Below, piece by piece: positions 46,516-53,825 of a stretch of 64,000 nt of DNA (positions are counted from its first letter, which is position 1; each line of letters opens with the position of its first letter). Under the pieces are notes generated by a model. That model was given only the letters and a program-made list of their open reading frames with translations. It did no database searches and was not told the DNA's origin. Source of the DNA: Alphaproteobacteria bacterium (GTDB taxonomy: Bacteria > Pseudomonadota > Alphaproteobacteria > Micavibrionales > Micavibrionaceae). Position numbers and translations under genes: made by a program. The stretch is from NCBI GenBank assembly GCA_020443075.1, contig JAGRIU010000034.1:23421-87420 (forward strand). The letters are read 5' to 3'.

Positions 46516-48135
46516 CTACTGAACACTGCTTTCCGCGTCCCCGCCGCTAGAGCTGTTTGTCGAAGACGAGGCGACAACCCGGTTAATAGAGGATAAAGAA
46601 CGGTCAAACAGCAACAAAACACGGTGTTTTTTATGCACAAATTCAATGCCGTCGGCCTTAATCAGGGTCATCCAGGGCACACCGCCCAGAACGCTCTCTT
46701 CATTGTGAAAGACAATGCGGCTACCGCCGGGTCCGTTGATAATGGCCCGCGTTGGCGAAAACGAAGTGATTTTATAACCATCCAGCGTGCCGACCGGATT
46801 GGATGTGGCTCCGGTGCTACCGTTATAAGCCAAAGCCGCATTACGCGCCGCAGCTTCTTGTTGACTTGAGGGGACGCCGGCTTGCTGTGCGCTCTGCGAA
46901 GGCTCTGGCGTTTCGTCCGAGGAGAGGATAACCGCCGAGGGGTCGGACAAGACGATGGCTTTTTGATCCTGACTGACCGTTGAAACGGCGGATCCGCGCA
47001 CGGGCAAAACCAACACGCCGCGCGCGCCGTCATGGAGAATCTGGATATCGTCCAAAAGCTCGCCGACACGCGTTGGCGACCATGAAATTGTGAGCGGACA
47101 AGCTTCGATCGGTTCCAAAATATCCCCGCCGGCGCAGCCTTCGGTTTTATAGCTCACGCCGTTGTCCGATCCTGAAACTTTTATATCTTCGATCGTCAAG
47201 GGCGCATCGCCCGAATTAACCAAAGAGACGGTAATCGTGGATGTTGTGTTGATATCGCCGCCGAAATCGACTTCTTTCTGCGAAGACACCAGCAGACCTT
47301 TACCCGGTACGGCTTGCGGGAAGGTTTCGGCTTCATTCACAGCTTCGGGAGCGTATTCGCCCTTTAAGGGGACGCTGGACAGACCTGCCGGACCGCTATG
47401 TTTGGCAACTAAAACACCCGATGACCGCCCTTTGAGCTTCGGCGACCACGTCACGGTGGCGATGCACGATTGCCCGGCGGCAAGCTCCTCGCACTCCCCT
47501 TTCAGGGAATAACCGGCCTGCTCGCTGGCATCAATATACAGATTGCTAATCTTGATAGGCGTAGAAGTGACATTTCTCAAAATGATAGGCTCAACAAGCG
47601 TTTGGCTGCTGCTCAAAGATCCGAAATCAAGCTCGGACGGGATCATCTCGATATCGCTGGTCAGGTTTTCGCCAGCCCCTTCGGCCGCTTCAACCGATCC
47701 GGAAATCGTAGAAGTGACAAGGCGGCTGCGTCCATTATGCGACATCAGCATCTCAATCCGCCAGGGCCCGGGCTGCAAACCTTTAACAGAAAGCGCAATC
47801 GCACATTCAGCGCCGGAGGGCAGGGGTTCTTCCTCACACTGGTTCAAGGAAACGGCGCTGGAAACAGTGGACGACGGGTAAAGCCGGATCGTCCCCGTTT
47901 CCACAGGACGGCCGCCGTCATTTTTAAATAACAGGACGACCTGCGCGGTGGCGCCGATCGGAATTGTGCCGCCGTCCACTTGCGGAGCAACGGGCGCAAG
48001 CCCTTCCCCGGTTGCGCCCGAAGAGCGCGCGCCGGGATCATCGAGTCCGGGATATTGCGCAAGCGTCGAAGAAGTCAGCGCTAAAGCACTGAAGAAAAGA
48101 CAACCCGCATATAAAATCTTGTAACGCGAACGCAT
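46516..48135 (-). CDS. Secreted protein with three Ig-like (ASH/choice-of-anchor-D-like) repeats and a C-terminal PilP/GspC-HR-like domain
   Basis: Signal peptide MRSRYKILYAGCLFFSALALTSSTLAQ (ATG 48135). Three repeats follow the pattern (L/V)DFG...(I/V).L.N....P(I/L).I......C..L..G..C.(I/A).V.WSP. The C-terminus LDGYKITSFSPTRAIINGPGGSRIVFHNEESVLGGVPWMTLIKADGIEF resembles PilP-type beta domains. Confidence 0.55.
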   Translation of the reverse strand: MRSRYKILYAGCLFFSALALTSSTLAQYPGLDDPGARSSGATGEGLAPVAPQVDGGTIPIGATAQVVLLFKNDGGRPVETGTIRLYPSSTVSSAVSLNQCEEEPLPSGAECAIALSVKGLQPGPWRIEMLMSHNGRSRLVTSTISGSVEAAEGAGENLTSDIEMIPSELDFGSLSSSQTLVEPIILRNVTSTPIKISNLYIDASEQAGYSLKGECEELAAGQSCIATVTWSPKLKGRSSGVLVAKHSGPAGLSSVPLKGEYAPEAVNEAETFPQAVPGKGLLVSSQKEVDFGGDINTTSTITVSLVNSGDAPLTIEDIKVSGSDNGVSYKTEGCAGGDILEPIEACPLTISWSPTRVGELLDDIQILHDGARGVLVLPVRGSAVSTVSQDQKAIVLSDPSAVILSSDETPEPSQSAQQAGVPSSQQEAAARNAALAYNGSTGATSNPVGTLDGYKITSFSPTRAIINGPGGSRIVFHNEESVLGGVPWMTLIKADGIEFVHKKHRVLLLFDRSLSSINRVVASSSTNSSSGGDAESSVQ

Positions 48136-48301
48136 GATGATGTCGATGGTTTGAGTGATCCGGAAAGGACAAAAGGCAAATTTACTCTGCCGAGTGTAAC
48201 ACAAAAATTATCCACAGGATAATGGAAAGTGGCCCTTTGTAAGGCAAAAACCTTTTTTTAAGAAAAAACGGCCATGAAAAAGCGCAGAAATAAAGAAAAC
48301 T

Positions 48302-49831
48302 TTATTCCACAGAACCCGCCGGATTGAGAAGATCCGCAGGAAGGCTGCTGCCGGTTGTGCCGGTATATTCGAAATCAGGCAACTCGCCATTGTTACGGCC
48401 GTTCATATTATGGCTCGGATCTCCTTCCGAGGTATAGACAATAACCCGCGGTTTAAGCAGGAACACAAGCTCGGTATTGGAAATGGATGTGGAACGTGAA
48501 CTTGGGAAGAGTGGCTCATTAAAGCCTGGACCAGCTTTATCATATTGGTCGTTTTCACGCACCAATCCGGCAATCAGGAGTGAATCACCCGGGCGAATGC
48601 GAATCTGCGTTGACAACTCGCGCTCTGTTGTTTCGGGAAGCTGTAAAATCGTCCCGTCGGCTTCGAAATCCTGAAAACGTCGGAATTCTTGAAGGTTGAT
48701 ACCAATATTGCCGTAAACGGTCGATTTATCCCACGCACTGGAAATCGTCAGCGTAAAACCGGTATCCACAGAGTCGGTTTCGGTGGACACTGTTGTTTCT
48801 CCGTTTTCGATCGTCCGGCTGAGCGAGGATACGTAGTTCACCGTATCGGCCACGCGCAATGTCGCTTCGGCCCCGGATAAAACGGTAATTTGCGGCTGGG
48901 AAATCGTTTTGACCGAACCGTAATCGGAAATAAACTGCAGAACATTCGAAGTATCAAAGTTGGTATCGCCTAGAGCACTCGGCAACCCTATACTAACTGG
49001 CGTGTTGGATGTGGTGCCGATGCTGCCGGGCAAGCTGATGGCCGCGCCGCCGATCTTGCCGAACTGGCTCCAGTCAATCCCCATATTATTATCCGAATTC
49101 AAACCCACTTCCCAGATATAAACTTCGAAAACAATCAACGCCGTATTGGAGCGAATACGCTGGAAATAACGCTCGGCCAGATCAGCCGTACGGCTGGTGG
49201 CATCATATATAATCGTGCGCGTGCCTTCTTCGGTGATAGGCGTGGTTCCGGTAATGGCTTGCAGGCCCTTGGCCAAAGACGCCAGAATATCGGTATCGCC
49301 GCCCACTGGCGGGACGCTGACGGTAAAGGTTTGCCTGTCTTTAACCACCAACAGGCCGTCTTCAAACGAACAATATAAATCCGCAAGCCCGCAAACCTTA
49401 CTGACAACACGGTCAAGCGGCCCGCGCAAGTTGGCCACGGTGATCGTGCGCGTGAGCCCTTGCTCGGTTTCAAAGGCCAACGGAATTTGATAATCCGCTA
49501 AAATCAGTTGTAACGCCCCGGCCAACGTTTCTCCGCGCAACTCAAACGGCCCGACAACGGCGTTGGGCAAACCGGTGCCGCCCTCAGCCTCGGGAACCAG
49601 CACATCGCTGCCCAAAGGCAGGTACAAAACACTGTCGGGTTTTTCGTTAATGGCTTCGGGGCGCGGATCAGCCATCGTCGGGGAGGGAATATGGGCGTTG
49701 CGGGCTTTAGGTGTTTTCACGTCCGCACAGCTGCCAAGCAGAAAACACAAGCAAAGGCCAAGAACCGAAACGGGACGAAGCACGCTGCGTTTTGGAGATA
49801 GGCCTGGCATTCCATCAATCCTGAATCTCAT
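48302..49831 (-). CDS. Secretin-family outer-membrane channel, probable lipoprotein
   Basis: C-terminal secretin blocks (ISQPQITVLSGAEATLRVADTVNYVS, LIAGLVREND, NTELVFLLKPRVI). Lipobox-like CFLLGS|C near the N-terminus. The ATG overlaps the upstream receiver stop (ATGA). Confidence 0.85.
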   Translation of the reverse strand: MRFRIDGMPGLSPKRSVLRPVSVLGLCLCFLLGSCADVKTPKARNAHIPSPTMADPRPEAINEKPDSVLYLPLGSDVLVPEAEGGTGLPNAVVGPFELRGETLAGALQLILADYQIPLAFETEQGLTRTITVANLRGPLDRVVSKVCGLADLYCSFEDGLLVVKDRQTFTVSVPPVGGDTDILASLAKGLQAITGTTPITEEGTRTIIYDATSRTADLAERYFQRIRSNTALIVFEVYIWEVGLNSDNNMGIDWSQFGKIGGAAISLPGSIGTTSNTPVSIGLPSALGDTNFDTSNVLQFISDYGSVKTISQPQITVLSGAEATLRVADTVNYVSSLSRTIENGETTVSTETDSVDTGFTLTISSAWDKSTVYGNIGINLQEFRRFQDFEADGTILQLPETTERELSTQIRIRPGDSLLIAGLVRENDQYDKAGPGFNEPLFPSSRSTSISNTELVFLLKPRVIVYTSEGDPSHNMNGRNNGELPDFEYTGTTGSSLPADLLNPAGSVE

Positions 49832-50208
49832 GCGCTTTCACTCCGATGTCCGAGCGTCCGCGCCACAGTTTTTAAAAGCCGATCGCGCTGTACGGGCTTC
49901 ATTAAAACCGCCGCCACAGATAATTTGCCTGATTCGCTTAAAACATCTGAATTTTGGTCCCCGGTCACCAAAATAACCGGAGTTTTGACGCCCTCACTGC
50001 GGATCGTGCGAATAAACTCAAATCCGTCAATCGGCTCCATCCGCACGTCGACAATGGCCAGATGAATTGAAGGACTCATGTGTTCCAACGCTTCTTGTCC
50101 GTCATGACACTCCACGACCTCGTGTCCGTCATCATTCAGGAAACGCGCGATCTGCATCCGAACAAAATCATTGTCCTCTACAATCAAAATTTTTGAACCA
50201 TGGCTCAT
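49828..50208 (-). CDS. Single-domain CheY-like response regulator, first gene of the filament cluster
   Basis: KILIVEDND, the phosphoacceptor context LAIVDVRMEPIDG, VILVTGD and LMKPV are all canonical. ATG at 50208; the upstream extension to 50277 has no support. Confidence 0.85.
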   Translation of the reverse strand: MSHGSKILIVEDNDFVRMQIARFLNDDGHEVVECHDGQEALEHMSPSIHLAIVDVRMEPIDGFEFIRTIRSEGVKTPVILVTGDQNSDVLSESGKLSVAAVLMKPVQRDRLLKTVARTLGHRSESA

Positions 50209-50371
50209 GGTTAAACAGCTAGACCTTACAAGAGCGCCGCAGACAAAACATGCGGGCAGGGGGGATGGATAAGACAAAAGCGAATCAGTGCCAAAGGGCC
50301 TTGATCAGAGACCATTCTATCCCCTACGATAGCAGAAGTCTAGACCTTGGCTTTTAAGGGCCGTCATTCCC

Positions 50372-50887
50372 ATGCAAATGTTTGCCTCTATATTAGCCTG
50401 TTTTCTCCTCTGTGCCGCGCTAGCGCTTTTATACAACCTTGCACGCATTGATTTGAAAACCCGTCTTTTGCCCAATAAACTGGTTTTTCCGTTTGCACTT
50501 TTGGGCGTTCTTTTTCATGCCGTTTTATCATTCGGCCTGCTGCCGCTCTCGGCCATGATGATCGGCGCGGCCCTGGGCGGCGGGATTTTGCTGGGCATTC
50601 GGACACTGGCCAACGCGTTCTATAAACAAGACACGCTGGGCCTTGGAGATGTGAAGCTGATGGCCGCCGCAGGACTTTGGCTGGGGCCGGATGTCTTGCT
50701 CGCTTTAACATTAGGGGCAGTGGCCGGATTGTTGCACGGGCTAGGCGTTGCCTTATGGACGCATCACAAAAATAAACAGCCCGTCAATCTGGCGCGGCTG
50801 GAAATTCCAGCCGGACCGGGTTTTATTGTCGGCATCCTGATCGGCGCTGCCGTAAAATTTCAGAGCTTGCCCACGCTTTTATTTTAA
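50372..50887 (+). CDS. Prepilin peptidase, short form (A24 family, no methyltransferase domain)
   Basis: Two catalytic Asp contexts, ARIDLKTRLLPN and LGLGDVKLMAAAG. 171 aa, polytopic. Divergent from the cluster. Confidence 0.85.
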   Translation: MQMFASILACFLLCAALALLYNLARIDLKTRLLPNKLVFPFALLGVLFHAVLSFGLLPLSAMMIGAALGGGILLGIRTLANAFYKQDTLGLGDVKLMAAAGLWLGPDVLLALTLGAVAGLLHGLGVALWTHHKNKQPVNLARLEIPAGPGFIVGILIGAAVKFQSLPTLLF

Positions 50888-50926
50888 TGTTATCTCGAAT
50901 ATCGGGGCAACCAAGCAGGAGTCTGT

Positions 50927-51832
50927 ATGCAACATCTTTTGGGCATCGATGAAATCGACGCGGGCGCAATCACGGCAATTTTGGATAAAGCGCAGGACTA
51001 TGCGGATAAGCTGAAACAGGGGGAATGGGATCAAACCCGCCTGAAGGGCAAAATCATCTTGCACCTGTTTTTCGAGCACTCTACGCGCACTTTGACCTCA
51101 TTCGAGATGGCCGCCAAGCGTTTGGGCGCGGATGTGATTAACTGGAATCCTGAAACCAGCTCGTTGACAAAAGGCGAGAATTTTATCGACACCATCGACA
51201 CCCTGACCTCGATGAAACCTGATGCGATCGTCATGCGTCATGCCGAATTCGGCGCGCCGAAATTTGTCGCCACCCGTGCAAAATGTCCCGTAATCAACGG
51301 CGGGGATAGCTGGCGCGAACACCCGACGCAGGCGCTTTTGGATGCGCTGACCATGCGCCAGAATTTCGGAAAGCTGGAAGGGCTGAACGTGACCATTATC
51401 GGCGATATCGCCCATTCCCGCGTCGCCTCTTCCAATATGCAGCTCCTTACCAAAATGGGTGCGCATGTGAGCGTGGTCGCGCCGGAAATCTTGATGCCCG
51501 AAAGCCTGCCTTTCCCACAGATCAAAGCTTATCATACGCTGGAAGAAGGTTTGCCCGGTGCGGACGTGGTGATGACGCTGCGCCTGCAAAAAGAACGTAT
51601 GGACAAGGCGCTGATTTCCGATGCGGCCTATTTCAACGAATTTGGCCTGACCTTTGAGCGCCTCGAAAAATTCTGTCCCAAAGCCGTCATTATGGACCCC
51701 GGCCCGCTGGTGCGCGGTGTGCAAATGGAAGACAGCGTTGCCGAAGATCCTGAGCGGAGCCTGATCTTGCGGCAGGTCGCCAACGGCATCCCGACCCGTA
51801 TGGCCGTCCTCGATATGCTGGTGGGGGGATAG
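50927..51832 (+). CDS. pyrB: Aspartate carbamoyltransferase catalytic subunit
   Basis: FFEHSTRTLTSFEMAAKRLGA, HPTQALLD and IIGDIAHSRVA motifs. AGGAG lies 6 nt upstream of the ATG. Confidence 0.95.
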   Translation: MQHLLGIDEIDAGAITAILDKAQDYADKLKQGEWDQTRLKGKIILHLFFEHSTRTLTSFEMAAKRLGADVINWNPETSSLTKGENFIDTIDTLTSMKPDAIVMRHAEFGAPKFVATRAKCPVINGGDSWREHPTQALLDALTMRQNFGKLEGLNVTIIGDIAHSRVASSNMQLLTKMGAHVSVVAPEILMPESLPFPQIKAYHTLEEGLPGADVVMTLRLQKERMDKALISDAAYFNEFGLTFERLEKFCPKAVIMDPGPLVRGVQMEDSVAEDPERSLILRQVANGIPTRMAVLDMLVGG

Positions 51833-51834
51833 GA

Positions 51835-52527
51835 ATGGTTTCGAATTTTGTGGGCAATCCTCCTGAACCTATGTTGCTCCCGCTTTTTGTCGTTTTCCTG
51901 TATACTATAGCCGCCTACCTGATTGGCTCTATACCATTCGGACTGCTACTTTCTAAAATTTTTGGATACGGCGATATTCGCAAAATTGGTTCAGGTAATA
52001 TCGGCGCAACGAATGTGTTAAGGACCGGGAATAAAAAGTTAGCGTTTATAACGTTGCTTTTAGATGCATCTAAAGCAGCCGTTTTCCTCCTTTTTCTTCA
52101 GATGGAGAGTACTCCTCACTCCAGCGGAGCGTACGATCCCACTATACATGTAATCCTTCTTTTATTGGGTTTTGTCGCCATCCTCGGCCATTGCTATCCC
52201 GTTTGGCTCAAATTCAAGGGCGGTAAGGGCGTGGCCACAGCGCTCGGCGTGTTGCTCGCCGCCGTGCCGATGGCTGGGCTGGTCGCGGTGACAACATGGG
52301 GGATTGTCGCCGGGTTTTTCCGTTATTCTTCACTGGCCGCGCTGAGCGCTCTGGCGATCACACCGCTGGCTACATTCTTGATATACGGCGGCGCGCCCGC
52401 CCTCATCACGCTTTTGATCGCCGCGCTGGTTTTCTGGCGTCATAAGGACAATATTAAGCGCCTGATGAAAGGCGAGGAACCGAAAATCAGACAGAAAAAG
52501 AAGGATTCTAACCACCAAGAACACTAA
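51835..52527 (+). CDS. plsY: Glycerol-3-phosphate acyltransferase PlsY
   Basis: AYLIGSIPFGLLLSKIFGYGDIRKIGSGNIGATNVLRTG is the PlsY signature. The last codons lie inside the inverted repeat at 52511-52537. Confidence 0.9.
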   Translation: MVSNFVGNPPEPMLLPLFVVFLYTIAAYLIGSIPFGLLLSKIFGYGDIRKIGSGNIGATNVLRTGNKKLAFITLLLDASKAAVFLLFLQMESTPHSSGAYDPTIHVILLLLGFVAILGHCYPVWLKFKGGKGVATALGVLLAAVPMAGLVAVTTWGIVAGFFRYSSLAALSALAITPLATFLIYGGAPALITLLIAALVFWRHKDNIKRLMKGEEPKIRQKKKDSNHQEH

Positions 52528-52660
52528 GAACACCAAGATATCGCAGAAAAACAAAGCGCCGCAGGCACTAAAAAACATCCGGCAGGTCGAACGTTTATTT
52601 TTATTACGCCTTCGGCGCAGTTTGTAAAGAACGCTTGGTGATCTTGGCGTGCTTGGCGGT
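52511..52660. repeat. 150-bp imperfect inverted-repeat element; each 27-nt arm is three 9-bp tandem units
   Basis: Left arm accaccaag|aacactaag|aacaccaag (52511-52537). Right arm cttggtgat|cttggcgtg|cttggcggt (52634-52660). They are complementary at 22 of 27 positions. An inner pair gcgccgcagg/ccttcggcgc extends the symmetry. Confidence 0.5.
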
Positions 52661-52681
52661 TAAATATAAAACGGAAAAAAC

Positions 52682-53824
52682 ATGATCCAGCCCCTGAAAA
52701 CGACTGAAGCGCCCAATGAGGCTGAAAAGATAGACTGGCTGCGTCTCTCGCGCACCGAAAATATCGGCCCTATCACCTTTTACCGCCTGCTCGAAACCTA
52801 CGGCAGTGCCGCCAAAGCCCTCGACGCCTTGCCCGAACTCTCTCGCCGTGGTGGGCGAAAAAAACCCTTAAGCGCCGCGCCGCGCGTGCACATCGAAGAC
52901 GAATACGCCGCCATACAAAAGCTGGGCGGCGACATCGTGATCGCCGCTGAACAAGACTATCCGTTGGCCCTCAGCGCCATAGACGACGCCCCGCCGGTGC
53001 TTTCCTACTTCGGCAATCCCAAGATCATGGGTCAAAGCTGTATCGGGCTCGTTGGCGCGCGCAGCGCCTCGCTCAACGGGCGCAAATTCGCTTTCCATCT
53101 CGCCGGAGAGCTTGGTCGGCAAAACCAGATCATCGTCTCTGGTCTGGCGCGCGGCATTGATACCGCTGCCCATGAAGGCGCGCTGGAAACAGGCACGATC
53201 GCCGTGGTGGCGGGCGGTCTGGATGTAGTCTATCCCGAAGAAAACAAGGCCTTGTTCGGGGTCATCGCCGAAAAAGGGCTGGTCATAGCCGAAAGCCCGC
53301 TCGGCACCGCGCCCAAGGCCCAGCATTTCCCGCGCCGTAACCGCCTTGTTTCCGGCTTGTCCAAAGCCGTGATCGTGATTGAGGCCACCATGCGCTCGGG
53401 CTCGCTGATTACCGCAAGACTGGCCGGAGAGCAGGGGCGCGATGTGATGGCCGTGCCCGGTCATCCGCTTGATCCGCGCGCGCAGGGGCCCAACCATTTG
53501 ATCCGCGAGGGTGCTACGCTGGTGAGGAATGCCGCGGACGTTTTGGAAATAATCCGCGATTTTTCAGGCACCGGATTGCGCGAGCCTGTGTACCCGCAAA
53601 GCGTCTACGCCGGACCGGTAATGAGCGAAGAAAACCTCCCTGATAATGCGCGCGCCCGCGTCCTTGAAAATTTGTCCTTTACACCCATAACGGTTGACGA
53701 ATTGCTCCGGGCATGCGATTTGAGTATTCCGGCCCTGCAGACAATCCTGCTGGAACTTGAAATCGCCGGACGCATAAAACGCGAGCCGGGAGGCCGCATA
53801 AGTTTGCTGGAAACAGGATATTAA
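52682..53824 (+). CDS. dprA: DNA-processing protein DprA
   Basis: Rossmann-like DprA core (GLVGARSASLNGRKFA, SGLARGIDTAAHEGAL, PGHPLDPRAQGPNHLIREGA) and a winged-helix C-terminus. Confidence 0.9.
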   Translation: MIQPLKTTEAPNEAEKIDWLRLSRTENIGPITFYRLLETYGSAAKALDALPELSRRGGRKKPLSAAPRVHIEDEYAAIQKLGGDIVIAAEQDYPLALSAIDDAPPVLSYFGNPKIMGQSCIGLVGARSASLNGRKFAFHLAGELGRQNQIIVSGLARGIDTAAHEGALETGTIAVVAGGLDVVYPEENKALFGVIAEKGLVIAESPLGTAPKAQHFPRRNRLVSGLSKAVIVIEATMRSGSLITARLAGEQGRDVMAVPGHPLDPRAQGPNHLIREGATLVRNAADVLEIIRDFSGTGLREPVYPQSVYAGPVMSEENLPDNARARVLENLSFTPITVDELLRACDLSIPALQTILLELEIAGRIKREPGGRISLLETGY

Positions 53825-53825
53825 T

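Noticed and set aside
40220-50887. Calling the cluster a classical T2SS or a Tad/Flp pilus
   Set aside because: A T2SS would carry the GspG-K pseudopilin set (with Glu5 in GspG-J) and a TM-anchored GspC with a PDZ or coiled coil. A Tad locus would carry about 60-aa Flp pilins (G|xxxxEY), TadZ/CpaE, RcpC and TadB/C-type split platforms. None of these are present, so I leave the class open.
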